DNA of 64,000 nt from Lophium mytilinum (taxonomy: Eukaryota): the NCBI GenBank assembly GCA_010093605.1, contig MU004193.1, forward strand, positions 1,123,520 to 1,187,519, written 5' to 3'. How positions within the stretch are numbered: the stretch's first letter is position 1; every line of letters starts with the position of its first letter. Below are positions 12,744 to 25,361 of the stretch, one piece after another. Made by a program: the position numbers and the translations under genes. The notes beneath the pieces were generated by a model. That model ran no database searches. It had not been told where the DNA came from and was given only the letters and a program-made list of their open reading frames with translations.

Positions 12744-14504
12744 ATGGCCGGTGGGCCGAGTCCGAGCAGTACTAGCCCGTCCAACTTGTCCAACAGCAGC
12801 CCGTTCCTGCACGGCTCCTTCAGCTCTACATCCTCATCGCCGCCCAAGCACCCGTACTCCTCGCAGACCAAGATGACCGCCGACGCGTACTCCGGATCGC
12901 ATGGCTACAGCCTCCCCACGCCCATTGGCGACAGACGCGCGCTTGAGAAGAACATGTCGCTACTATCCTTCAGTGAACTCGAATCGAGCCCGGACTCGAA
13001 GGGCCCGCCCGCGATTTTCCTGCGCAAGCTGCCGAGCAGCAGCGATCGCGAGGCCGTGCGCAACATCCTGCTTTTCTCGCAAGACATGATCGACTGCGAG
13101 CTCGTCCCGTCGTCGAAATACCCCGAGGACAAGGGCTTCGCCTCCGCCGTCGCCCGATTCCGCTCCATCGAGGGCGCAAAGGAAGCCAGAAACTTGCTAA
13201 ACGGAAAGCGCAACGCCTCCAATGATGCCAATATCATCGTCGAACTGGTCCAGGACGGCCTCCCAGGAACCATCGGCTCGAGGAGGAACACCGTGGACAG
13301 CACCTCTACCCGCCAAGGATCCGTCTCCGCTGCGTCTGGCATCTCCTCCAACGGCCAGAACGGACGCCAGTCGTCGCGCTACAACGGCACATTCCAGCAC
13401 ATGGAGAAGATGTCCCCACCCAACGCAACCCCAGGTCTTGGCAACGGCGAATTTCCCGTGCAGAATTTATTTTCGCCCACGTCCCCCGTGAGCACGTCCT
13501 TCAACCATCGCAATCTCGGCAAGTCGGTCATCAATGATGAGGCCGACGATGAATCAGACGGCCTCCTCCAAGAGACAATCGGCTTTGCTACCGGCAGCCA
13601 GCAGTCCCAGGCGGCCATGCCTCGTCGAACCACCAATCCATCTATTCCAGTCTCTCGTTTCTCGGCCCTATCACTCAACACTAATGGCACTAATGGCATG
13701 ACTTCACCACCACTGCCGAACTACTCTTCTCCCCGATCGGGCGCACCAGTTCAGTCACCGAGCACGACGCTTTCCGCAATGTCGCCACATACGACTCCGT
13801 CTTCCTTGAATAATCTCGGACCTAATGCCAGTTATCAGCAATTTTCCCAGCATTTCCCTAGACACAACTATCCACCCGTTAATCCAGCGGACCAGAACCC
13901 TCCGTGTAACACTCTTTACGTCGGCAATTTGCCTATCGATACTTCTGAAGATGAGCTAAAAGCCATGTTCTCCAAGCAACGTGGATACAAAAGACTGTGT
14001 TTCCGCACCAAGCAAAACGGCCCCATGTGTTTCGTTGAATTCGAGGACATCTCGTTTGCGACCAAGGCCCTCAACGAACTTTACGGCCACCCACTGCATA
14101 ATAGTGTCAAAGGCGGGATACGCCTCAGCTTCTCTAAGAACCCACTCGGCGTCAGGACTGGCCAGCCCAGCAGCATGGGATGCGCTACGCCACTCCAACA
14201 GTCCTCTGTGATGCCCGGATTTGGTGGTAACGGTGGTAGCCTGACGCCTGGCTTCACTACTGCGACTGGCCCGCCGCCAGGGCTTTCCGTCCCACCCGGA
14301 CTTCAGACAGCCTCGGCTGTGCATACCAACGGAGCATCAAACTTTGGAATGTTTTCGAACGGAGGTTTTGGAGTCAGCCATAATGACATGTCTAGCCCGA
14401 TTAGAGCTCATACGCAGCCAATGGGCGGGCTTGCGACCAGTGTCGCAGGCAGTGCTTTTGGCGGTATGGGCGGTAGGTTCCCGACCTACATGATGGGAGG
14501 TTGA
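12744..14504 (+). CDS. WHI3: Whi3/Whi4/Scw1-family RNA-binding (RRM) protein
   Basis: Signature NPADQNPPCNTLYVGNLP...GYKRLCFRTKQNGPMCFVEFEDISFATKALNELYG...KGGIRLSFSKNPLGVR, plus a degenerate N-terminal RRM-like segment. First ATG at 12744; apparently intronless. Confidence 0.9.
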   Translation: MAGGPSPSSTSPSNLSNSSPFLHGSFSSTSSSPPKHPYSSQTKMTADAYSGSHGYSLPTPIGDRRALEKNMSLLSFSELESSPDSKGPPAIFLRKLPSSSDREAVRNILLFSQDMIDCELVPSSKYPEDKGFASAVARFRSIEGAKEARNLLNGKRNASNDANIIVELVQDGLPGTIGSRRNTVDSTSTRQGSVSAASGISSNGQNGRQSSRYNGTFQHMEKMSPPNATPGLGNGEFPVQNLFSPTSPVSTSFNHRNLGKSVINDEADDESDGLLQETIGFATGSQQSQAAMPRRTTNPSIPVSRFSALSLNTNGTNGMTSPPLPNYSSPRSGAPVQSPSTTLSAMSPHTTPSSLNNLGPNASYQQFSQHFPRHNYPPVNPADQNPPCNTLYVGNLPIDTSEDELKAMFSKQRGYKRLCFRTKQNGPMCFVEFEDISFATKALNELYGHPLHNSVKGGIRLSFSKNPLGVRTGQPSSMGCATPLQQSSVMPGFGGNGGSLTPGFTTATGPPPGLSVPPGLQTASAVHTNGASNFGMFSNGGFGVSHNDMSSPIRAHTQPMGGLATSVAGSAFGGMGGRFPTYMMGG

Positions 14505-16201
14505 ACGTGCGACGACATAGAAGCTTATGATGACATAGAAGCCTATGACGCCGTGACGCCTGACGATGCTACGTAGGAGTTTTGGGGAGCATTCGCCGGT
14601 CTCAGTGCGCATCGTTTCTTTCCTGTTCGTCTACTGTTGCGTTACATTCTGTCATTCCAATCATTGCGTGGTGTCTTGTTTTGGGTTTTTTTTGAGGGGG
14701 TTCTGTTTTCCTATTCGTTTCTTGTTCTGGCACGGGCATGGGTAATGGCGTGAAACTCCATCGAAGACGCTGTGTCTTTCCGGGGGTGGGCTCCGTTTCA
14801 AGCATACAGCGATGATTCCCCCTTGCGCGTTTTTTATTCTAGGGTTTTTTATTATTTTGCAAGGAGCTGGCTGGGCGCATTCCGGCGTCAAAGTTTGTCT
14901 GCGTTCTCCTTTCTTCACCAGTTAGGAGCATCCTTTGGGGTTGCATTTGCCTGTCGTTTCACTATTTGGTGTCTTTTCGAAGGGCAGGAAAAGTGTCTGG
15001 GACTCGCAAGGGAATTTTGTGCACATGGGAAACTACAGGACATGGAGGAAATTTGTGTTGGACTTCGCGGAATATGCCATTTTTTCGAATAGGATCTTGC
15101 TCTCCATTGTTTTGTTTCTTTTCTTTCCGCTTTCTTATTCGACTTTGGCTGACTTTGGCTGGCTTTGGCTGGGTCTTGTCGGTACACACTTCCTGTGGCA
15201 GGTTTCCAATTCGCTTTGGGTTAATTCATCTGGCACCGAACTTGTTTCATTCCAATCCGCTTTTGCACATATGGTATGGCGCTAGTAACATCGCGATATG
15301 AGTGCATTGCTGGATCGAAATCCAGGCTGAACAGAAGTTCTCGTCTTGTTCTTCGGTTGCATGGCGGTCGCTTATCTTGAGATCTCCTCTTTTCCGTCTC
15401 CATTTAGTTCAACGTCTTAGGGGAATAGGAGTCTGCACCTGCCCATCGGAGGAGTACTAGAGTCGCATCATACCATTGAGTGGGTGTTTGGAGTATGGTG
15501 CGATGATCCTGTCCTTACAGCATTTGGTTGTTCCTTTGGCATTTACTGGATTTTCACAGTTTCTCTCTCATTAGGGAGACGTTGGTCTTGTTGTAACAGC
15601 CTGCTAGCATTCAATCGGGGGGGCAATAGAAAACAATCATGTGTGGGGCTTCAGAAGAATAATCTTATGGCTGATCTGAAGTGAGTGATGTGAATTGTCG
15701 CGTCTTGCAAGAATCTAAGCAGTCTTATGGTTGCAAGGGTTTTCTTTTAATCTAAAGGAAGGCCACTAGAGTTCATCTGCTCAATATATATAATAGTCCA
15801 CAGCATCAATAAATGTAGTTTACTAAGTTGCCAACGTATGATTATACTGTAAAGATGTTACTGCTCCCAATCTTAGATGTCATCTCCAAAGGTATGTCGT
15901 TTCACTAAAAGTCCACCTTGATTTCCTCCGTGCTCTGCAAGCACCGATCGAAATCTACCCTAACACCTAGCATGAGTGCCTAGTTGACGTTGGTTGATTA
16001 GCGGAAACATGGTAGATCCTAGACACGTGACCATACCTTGGCAAACGAGCCGACCCAACTTCAATCGAAACTTTCATCCCAAAATCTACATCAACTCCCA
16101 GCCCCAATCATCACTCCAACCACCCACGCTTCTCGCCCGGCTCAATTGCCATTGTACTCACTCAACCCGCCCATGCGGTAACACATCTATCGTTCTCCAA
16201 G

Positions 16202-17617
16202 ATGCCGCCCCGGTTACGCCCCCGTACCTCTCTCCTCCCATCCCGTCCTCCCCCTACCGCCCGCCCACAATGCCTCCTCCTCCGCCCATCCCCATCACAC
16301 CGCCAGTTTTCACAATCCACACCACACTATGAGAAGGCGACGCGCATGCGGCGGAACATGTACAAGTGGATCAATGGCCCTGGGAAGGTCTTCCTCGAGC
16401 CCCTTCCAGGCTCGACGAATTACATGAGCGCGTACGATCGGGACGGGAACCTGCTCCGCGCACGGAAAGGGGGCGAGGGGGACGGCGCATCTGGCGCAGG
16501 GGAGGCGAAGCCGCTAGAAGAGGGCAAGCAGGCTGAAGACTCGGAACCCGCTAAGTCGGCGGAGGAAGAGCTGGAGAGCCTCGACGAAGCGGCTGTTGCG
16601 AAGAAGGAGGAGGACGCGGAGAAGCTAAAGGCTGCGCAGATTATGAATCTTCCGCCGGAGAGCAAGCAGGATCTGCAGCCGTTTCCGCTGAACGGGCAGT
16701 TTGTGAGCCAGCCGGTGCTGAGCGAGGAGCTGCGCGAGGCGATTTGGAAGAGGGTTATGAAGGATGGGGTGAGCTTGCCGACGGTTAGTGTGGAGTTCGG
16801 GGTTAGTAATGAGAGGGTTGGTGCGGTGGTGCGGTTGATGCAGATGGAGAAAGAGTGGATTGCCCAGGTATGTTTGAGATTTTCCTTTTTTTCCCTAACA
16901 CAACTCGATGCAATGATGAGACACAAAATATTTCGATTAGTCTTGAAGACACATACATGGTTAACAAATTTTTGCTATGCTCTTTCTGAAACGCATTCAA
17001 CCTTTCAATGATATCTATTGGCTTTTGGGGAGGGATCTTCACTAATGCTAGAGGATTCATAGGGCACACCGCTCGTCAAACCATATGCTCAGGCTGTTAT
17101 GGCTATGCTACCTAAGACCCCTTATGTTGCTAAGGGAGAGAACAAACGACCTGTCAATCACGAATCCATCAACGACCTCATCGTCCACCCGGCCACAAAA
17201 CAACAGCTGTTCGTACCCGTGTCCGAGTCTCGGCACTTCACGCGTGAGGACGCGGCGAAGGCGTTCCATCACACGCTCCTCTCCGCCGACGACCGTATTC
17301 CACATCCAGAACTCGTAGTGTCAGAGCGAGAAGCGCAGCTCGGGTTGTCGAATTCCGAGCGAATTGCAGCTGCGAGCGCCCGTATGCTCGCAGAAAGGCA
17401 ACGGAAGGCGGAGAAGGAAGCGAAGAGGAAGGAGTGGGAGGCGAAGACGATTACGAGAGTGCCGGGCAGGAGATGGGATTTCGTGTTCCAGGATATAAGT
17501 GTTGAGAGTGTGGGCAAAGATGGGAGGAGTGAGAAGGGCGTTGGCTGGAGATACGGCATACCACACGAAGACAGGAAGAGGGGGCAGGTCAAAATTCCCA
17601 CAAAGGTTGACGGTTAG
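16202..17617 (+). CDS. MRPS35: Mitochondrial small-subunit ribosomal protein mS45 (MRPS35/Bot1), 2 exons
   Basis: Arg-rich presequence ending RQFSQST, then PFPLNGQFVSQPVLSEELREAIW...VSVEFGVSNERVGAVVRL and GWRYGIPHEDRKRGQVKIP. Intron 16868-17062. Confidence 0.85.
16907..16997 (+). ncRNA. Intronic box C/D snoRNA (rRNA 2'-O-methylation guide)
   Basis: Box C ATGATGA at 16913-16919 and box D CTGA at 16986-16989, with a short terminal stem (ATGC/GCAT). TTCGATTAGTC precedes a D'-like TTGA and is antisense to LSU rRNA GACUAAUCGAA. GCTATGCTCTT precedes box D and is antisense to LSU AAGAGCAUAGC. It lies inside an unusually long 195-nt intron. Confidence 0.8.
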
Positions 17618-17982
17618 GGTGGTGTACCATATTACCAAGTTTTTTACACCTGGATATATCCAGTGCGTTGGTAGCGATTGTAGCATATACTGTAGGATTG
17701 TATCATATCGGCAGACACTGCCCTTCTTGCATCAATGTTTGGTTCTGTGGTTTTGATATTCACAATTGGTTCTCATGATGTACTCGAACACTAATGAAGG
17801 AAGCTCAACTTGGAGCTTGGCGCCATCTTGTCTTCCAATCGTCTTACGACCAATGCACCAAGCAGGTTTCATCTCATGACGGTGCCCTATAAGACGTCTA
17901 CAACTCGCTTCTAGTATACACGTGGTGCGCATTGAAGCACCACTTCTGCAATATGTGCCTTGACGGCCCAATGTGGGGCAAT

Positions 17983-18579
17983 CTAGCGATACTGCATTTT
18001 CTGGCCACCCCTCTTCTCCAATTTCTGTGACCTTTTACTGGCCCCGCCCTGGGGGACACCCGCACTGTCTGTCATGCCAGCCATGCCCCCCTTTGCGCCC
18101 ATGAATGTGGTATACGCCAGCCAGCCGGAATAGAGCGGGATGATAGCCTGTCTGTAATCAGCTTCTCAATCCTCAGAATTTCACCAGTCCCTGAAAATAC
18201 TTACCCACCACCACCAAGCCCAGTCTCCTAATACGGCCACCAGGATAGTGCATCCATACGTCCAGTATAGCACATCCCACATCCACTCTGTCAGCCCTTT
18301 CGCCTCGAGGTCATCGCCGCTCTTCTTTAGCTCCTTGCGTTCTCCGGCTCCTGCAGAGGCGTAGGTAGGGCGTCCGATGCGCTCGAACTGAAATTGGATG
18401 AAAGCCGCCGGTAGCCAAAGAAGAAGGTAAGTTATTAGGGATTTCCGCGTGAAGGAGCCGCGGAACAGGATGAGGCGCAATAGGAGATAGAAGGCATGAA
18501 CGGCGAGAGAGATGGACAAGGTGCGGTTGAGGATCTGGGTGTTGCGAGCCGCGAGGGTTTTGGCAGCTTTCTGGGCCAT
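17983..18579 (-). CDS. SND2: SRP-independent targeting protein Snd2/TMEM208 (DUF788), 2 exons
   Basis: MAQKAAKTLAARN...GDDLEAKGLTEWMWDVLYWT...WWWW/AIIPLYSGW...SKRSQKLEKRGGQKMQYR*. Intron donor at 18204. Confidence 0.88.
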
Positions 18580-19228
18580 GATGGCTGCGTTGAGGGGTGT
18601 GGTTGATCCGTGAGGGCGTGTTGTGGTGGGATATTTCGTCCTGCAGCTGTGTTTCCGGCTGGGAGACGGCCGTTTCTGCCATTCACCGCCTTCGACGCTG
18701 GAGGGCGTTACCACAACAATAGAGAGCGCGAACCGTCAACTTCAACCACACACTCCACGGCGCCTGCCCTCGACTCTGACACGACAGACATGCCCGCCAG
18801 CTGCAGCACTCCAACCCTCTGCCGTCCCCAGTGCTGAGAAGCCCTACCTTCGACTTTCTGCGCGGCTTGGCAATTAGCTTTGTCAAGCGTCCTCTCCACG
18901 CCGGGAGCGTCTATCCTCCAGAACCGCCGTCAAGAGCCCCCTCCCGCGTCTCGCCCTGGGCCTTGAGAACCGCATTCATGCACCATACCAGTGGACCTCT
19001 CTTCTCCCACCACGGTCTTGCTTTCTCTCAGGCATCGCGCCAACACTATTCACCAAGCTGTAGCACCGTCTAGGTGAAGTCCAACACTCTCTCACGAGAC
19101 CCGACAAACCCACACACCGACCGCGACACTGCTGGCCTGTCAAAAGGACCCTCACCGCCTCTTCTGGCCTTTCTATCTCTTTCTCGCCAGCCAGCTCCTG
19201 GCTTCGATCAAGCTACACCATCACAACA

Positions 19229-21936
19229 ATGCCGCCCTCAAATACCAGCATCGCAGCCCAGCTGCGCCAGCTGATCTACTACCACCTGGACAACGACCTC
19301 CTTGACAACGCCCTCTTCCTCGCCGGCCGTCTGCACGGATTAGAGCCACGCAGCCCCGAGGCAGCGCATCTGCTCGCTCTTTGCCACCTGCGCCTGGGCC
19401 GCTACAAGGGCGCTTACGACTACGCCCGCGACAAAGGCCTGCGGGGATCACATCTGGGGTGCGCGTATGTTTTTGCGCAGGCGTGTCTAGGGCTAGAGCG
19501 ACATGCAGATGGCATAGCAGCACTGGAGCGCGCGCGGGGCCTTTGGGGTGGACGAAATCATTGGAGTGAGTGCGACTTAAGCGCTAGAAAAGGCGGATAC
19601 GAGCTAGACAATAGCATACTAACATATGCGCAGACAAACATTCAGAGACCTCGAGACGACATTTGCCAGATGCGGCCGCTGTAAACTGCCTGCTGGGCAA
19701 GCTATGCAGAGCGCAGGGCGACATGAAGAAGGCGGTGGATTGCTATGTCGAGGCGCTTAAGCTGAATCCCTTTATGTGGGATGCCTACCTTGATCTGTGC
19801 GATACTGGTATGTGCCGCGTTTTCCACATTGATGTGCAGTCCTTGGCACCATCTGTTCAACAACCTGACGATCTAGGCGCTGCGGTACGGCCGTCGAACA
19901 TCTTCAAGATGACGCCAGAGATGCTAGCTTTTCTCTCTCACTCAGCAACGAATGGAACTGGAAACGGCTCCCCTCCGCAAATACCAGCTCATGAACCACC
20001 ACCTACTCGGGCGCAGTATGTTGCCACCCCCATGGGAAACGACCCTTTCAACCCTTCAATCCGCACCGGAACTGACATCGGACTCAATCTGGGCGGCTCT
20101 AATTTGTTATCAAAACTCAACGGAAACGTTGTCACTAATGGAAATGGAAATGGCTCTCATTACCCGGATCTGGAAACCCCTACTTCTAATGGACAAAATT
20201 ACGACGACGACGTGTTAATGGGCGATGTGGGCGGAGGACCTGTCATCAGTATTCCCGCGAACGAACCGCCGCAAGCTCCGCTACGGCGGCAAAGGACGAT
20301 GCAGCAATTCGCCTCGGATCCGGGCATGGAGGCGCCTAAAATGAAATCGATTACGACGAGACACAGGTTAAAACCTGGGTCAGATGATACAGGTTCAAGA
20401 GATGCAACGGAGATTCCAAGACCAGTTGGACAGACTAATCATAAGAGGACGATTTCAGGACATTCGGCGATGCATTCGAATCAGTCTTCGGCACAGTCGA
20501 ATGCTGCGTTGTCACTTGACCCAACTGCGGCGCCTCAACGTAGGAGTATTCGGCTGTTCAACCAGATCAAGGAGATCAAACCGTCGAGCATGAGGTCGGG
20601 TTCCTCTATAGCAGGACGGGATATTGAGTCCAAGGAGAGGAGAGAACTGAGGAAGGCAAAAGCCACAGGCACCAAAGGTCGAACTGGGTCCGCTTCTACT
20701 GTCGGAAGAGTTGTTAGTGGAAACCGGAAACCGGTCGAGCTCACGGATCATAATATGAAGGATTCAAGACCTGCGAGTGTGAACGCTGGAGCATTCCCAC
20801 CCAAGATGACCTCAATACCACCTCCGAACGACTCCACCCGAGAACGAGACCAAGAAGCACTGCAATGGCTATTGGACCTCCTCTCAAAACTTGGAACTGG
20901 ATACTACCACCTGAGCCGCTACCAATGCCAATCCGCTCTCGCCGCCTTCCTCTCCGTTCCAACGCCTCAACGAGAAACCCCATGGGTCCTCGCGCAAATC
21001 GGCAAAGCCCACTACGAGCGCTCCGCCTACGTCGAAGCCGAAGAAGTCTTCGCGCGCATCAAGAAGATTGCGCCCTCGCGCATGGACGACATGGAGGTAT
21101 ACTCCAACGTACTCTGGCAGCTGAAGAAGGAAACCGATCTCGCTTACCTCTCCCACGAGCTCATCGAGCAGGACCGCCTCTCTCCGCAGGCCTGGTGCGC
21201 TATTGGCAACTCGTTCTCGCTCCAGCGCCAGCACGACGAAGCTATCAAGTGCTTCAAGCGGTCCACGCAGCTGGATCCCCGGTTTGCGTACGCGTTCACG
21301 CTGCAAGGGCATGAGCACGTCGCGAATGAGGAGTTCGACAAGGCGCTGTTCGCATACCGGAGCGCGGTGGGTGCGGATGCGCGGCACTACAATGGCTGGT
21401 ACGGACTGGGACAGGTGTACGAGAAGATGGGGAAGTATGAAACGGCGGAGAAGCATTATCGGGCAGCGAGTCAGATCAACCCGACGAATGCGCTGTTGGC
21501 CGTTAGGATTGGTGCTGTAAGTTCTAAACTCTTCCCTCAAACTTCATCAAACTGTAAGAAACGAGTTTACTAACGATTGTTCCAGGTCCTCGACCGCCTC
21601 CGCAAAACCGACCTCGCCCTCCTGCAATATACACACGCGTGCGACCTCGACCCGCGCTCCAACCTCGCGCGCTTCCGCAAGGCGCAGGCGCTCATGAAGC
21701 TACACCACCCGCGTGAAGCGCTGACGGAACTCACGATTCTGAAGGACCTGGCGCCCGACGACGCAAATGTGCATTTTATGTTGGGCAGGTTGCATAAGAT
21801 GCTGAGAGATAAGCAGACGGCGATCCGCCATTTCACGATTGCGCTGAATCTGGATCCGAAAGCGGCGGGGCTGATTAAGGAGGCGATGGAGGGGTTGGAT
21901 GAGGAGGGGAGTGAGTGGAGTGAGGGGGAGCGGTGA
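19229..21936 (+). CDS. CDC27: Anaphase-promoting complex subunit 3 (Cdc27/BimA/Nuc2), TPR protein, 4 exons
   Basis: N-terminal QLRQLIYYHLDNDLLDNALFLAGRL and TPR block SPQAWCAIGNSFSLQRQHDEAIKCFKR...AYAFTLQGHEHVANEEFDKA...RHYNGWYGLG. Introns begin near 19567, 19809 and 21517. Confidence 0.95.
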
Positions 21937-24024
21937 TGTGAGAAAAGCGGGGAGAGGAGAGAGGAGAGAAGGGAGGGGGAGTTGTCTTGAAGTGTGAAGC
22001 GCTTTGAGCGAGCGGTCAGGCTTAGGCTTTATTCTTATGAGTATGGGATGAGATGAGGTTACTTTGGCGAGCGTGCGTTGCGTGTGTGGCGTGCTTCTTT
22101 CTGAGGTTTTGGCTTTTTGCGTGCATTGGGGCTGTTTTGATATGACATGGATGGCGTTTTTGGGGATGGGATACTTGGATTAGTGACTGAGAAAGGTGGT
22201 TGGCTGATGATGAGGATTTCGGGATGGGGATTGGCAATGGGCATGAGGGAAGCTGTATATTAGATAGCGGAACAGATGTGAGTCTTGCCTTTAACTGTCT
22301 CCGTGTGGCTGTGCTGCTTCGAGTGATTTGAGCGGTACTTCGCGAGGGAAGAAGGGGGTGGGCACGTGGTGAGTCAATATCCACGTGATGGATGCGTTGG
22401 CGCTAACAGAGACTAGGATTTCTTTCTATAAAAGTCGGTGATTTGGTAGAGTTTCTGGAAAGCAGAGGTTGGGAATTGGCAGGATCAACAGAGGATGTTC
22501 TCAGTCTCCATGGAGTGAAGTGGGAGTAAAACACACGACGTGTCGCCGTCATGGCTCTGCGGTATTTGGGTGGTGTTGCAAAAAGAAAAGCTGGTCATAT
22601 CCATGGCTGGGTGGAGGGGGAATTATGTGCAAAAAATGGGAGACACGTTCTTCGATGGAATCAGTGGAGAGTGGTGTGCAACATATATCCTTGACGAGAG
22701 TGATGGGGAGGGCATGACGGGAGGTAGTGATGGTGAGCAACATGGTAGAGAGACGTTGGAAAGGAATAGTAGGCTTACTGATGGTGGTGAGTCTATCGAC
22801 TTGCGGATCGAGAGCAGTGCTGAATCCTGAGGGGGTATCTAGTCGGAGTACGCGAAGGAGATCGTCAACATCTTTTGATTGTAAGTATGCTCAAGATCCT
22901 CCGCCATCAAGCGACTTCATCACTGATTTTCAGCACGCTCCCAATTTCATCAATCCATCATCACCCAACAAGCCAGCTTTTGCTCCATCGCATCTGTACA
23001 GTTGATGTCTTATTAGGCCCGCGCCAAACCGTCTACATTGAAGAGGGGTTATGGGACTTCTTGGGCGTGTCTTTATAGTAGAAGAAATCCGGGAGACTCT
23101 GAGCCGATCCGAGGTCAGGTGGTCTATTGGTCTTACTGCGGTAAGAGCGTTTCAAGGCAAGGAAAGCTCTAGTAAACAGCCACCAATTGAAACCCCAAAG
23201 TGCGTCCTTTCTTCACCTTTTCGCATTCTCAATCCCAAAGGGAAGTCCTCAGGCTGGATGTTCTTTGTTCCTTCCAGCTCGTCCTCACGAAGTCACGTAT
23301 CTTACTTTTGAACCGCACTAGGCACGTTGATTGAAATCTAGGCCCGCTGGCGTGCTCGTCCGCTCGGACATGTCTCAGATGGACCGTCTCATCGAACTCG
23401 TATATGCGGAACGCGATGGTCCGGTGGTACTCAGTCCGAGTTCCTCTAAGACCAATATATTTCGACGAATTTCTATCAACATCTTCTCAAAGGTGTTAGG
23501 TTATAACAATCACCTACCGCAATCAATGCTAGTAGCCAACTAGGGGGGCTTATGTATGTACATAATGTCGCGTCCCATCAATGTTTAGATGCTACGGCCT
23601 GCAATCTAAACAAAGGTACGCAAATAGCACCAGGGCTCTGCGTGCCTCTAATGCTATGGGCCAAAATCCTCCGATACCTTGATCAGACCTTCCACTAGAT
23701 TCAGTTGCATTGGTGCACAAGCTGCGAACTCGCTAAGCCACCTCACAGCACATTGTCTATCAGTACTCAGAAGGATAACTCGCAATCGCATACTCTTTTT
23801 AGATCCGAGTGGATACTCAACGTCCGTTGCATTGTTCATCTACAACACCACGTATACTCATGTGCCTACAATAACAATGCAGGAACATATATACGTTTCA
23901 ATACGCCGCTTCTTTTCACCGTTTTCTTCAAAGACATAACACTCCGAAATTCAAACTTGTCTCGGATCACATTTCAGCAAAACTGCCAACCCATTCCCGC
24001 CAAAGAGTATCGCGATCTGTAGGT

Positions 24025-24723
24025 ATGTCTTCCCAGGATGCACCCTCCAGCGAGAATGGGCCTTCTATTTCGTTGTCAGCGCCGGACCAAACACTCGCGG
24101 ATATACGTCAGTGGCGTGCTTCGCAGCGGCGGTCCTTCTTTGATCACATTGAGGAGGTCCAAGACAGACTACGGTTATCCGAAGACATTTACCGCGTTGA
24201 AGGTGTCCATTACCACCTAACTACCCCGGGCATTCGTGGGTTCGCCCCGATAGACGTTATCGCCAAGGCTGAACTAGCTGAAGCATTCGAATCAGCCATC
24301 TCGGTAGATGAGATACCACTCTTCGAGCCCTTCAGGCGTGCCCAAGACCTTCTCAGGCAAGCTCGAGCTGCATCGAATGTCAATATGGCCTTGGATCTTC
24401 CTGAGAAAGCGATGGATCTAGTGTTCGAAGCCCACGCTCAGGCAATTGAACTTTCCAAACGCATTTCCTGCTTGTCTGAATGGGTAGACGTGCTGAGAGA
24501 GACAGACATGGAATGGGCGGCCAACAACGCCGAGCATGCAATAGCTGTCGAGCAACGCAGAGGTGATTCCTTAGGCCTCCGCGAGGAAGACGTGGTCCAG
24601 AAGTGGGTGCGCTCTCTCCCAGAGACTTCAAAGCAACTCAAACTCGGACGTCCGATGAGCGATATCGTTGGGGACCAGTTTTCAATCGGGGAGGGGTTCG
24701 ATACTGATAGTGAAGAAGAGTGA
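24025..24723 (+). CDS. Hypothetical protein, tandem family X copy 1 (232 aa, intronless)
   Basis: Shares GVxYHxTT, PLF[ED]P.RRA and WVxxLPETxxQLxLxxP motifs and an acidic tail with the next two ORFs. Confidence 0.75.
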   Translation: MSSQDAPSSENGPSISLSAPDQTLADIRQWRASQRRSFFDHIEEVQDRLRLSEDIYRVEGVHYHLTTPGIRGFAPIDVIAKAELAEAFESAISVDEIPLFEPFRRAQDLLRQARAASNVNMALDLPEKAMDLVFEAHAQAIELSKRISCLSEWVDVLRETDMEWAANNAEHAIAVEQRRGDSLGLREEDVVQKWVRSLPETSKQLKLGRPMSDIVGDQFSIGEGFDTDSEEE

Positions 24724-25361
24724 GAATCTTCTGTCCTTGATGATATCGCTCTATCATAGCTGATAACGCCCTTTGAAGCACTGCGGCCACTCTAGCCAAA
24801 CCGAAAACTGCCAGCAGCCATGCTTCCGAATGAGTGGCTCAATCCATCGGAAAAATCGCGTGGGGAATTTCCCAGGATTCGTTCCCTTCTGTACACCACT
24901 TACAAATAGTATCAAAATGCTTGATGTATTAACAAATGAGACGAATTCTTCCCCACACCATGTCTTGTAAGTGCGCCGTTAAAATCCATTCCGTTGTACT
25001 GTAATTGAACCATAGCGTGTAGCCGATTTTCCAAAGCTCGAAGTCGCCGGGGCGATTCCGACTCCCTCTCTCCGTGAATGTGGGAGACTCCTCGAGCTCC
25101 GAATTCATGGGCTAGGCCGATTTCGCATTATGCATTCACATGAAAACCCTCTAGATCCACAATGGCATAAACGAATCCTGGCAGTGAATCTCCAACATCA
25201 TTCACTTTTAATGTTGTAGATATATATTCGTCTAACTACGCACTCCCCTTATTCTCATCATCTTCTGGTTGAAACGCTACCAGCGCCCCCATACCACCCT
25301 TTTCAACCACTTTTTAACAGAACATCTTGCACCTGGAAGCAACCCAGCCACACCAATCAGC

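Noticed and set aside
9602..12775. Long ORFs (402, 232, 225 aa and others) in the GC-rich region
   Set aside because: Arg/Ala/Pro-rich translations overlap in all frames with non-ATG starts and no motifs, as expected by chance at high GC.
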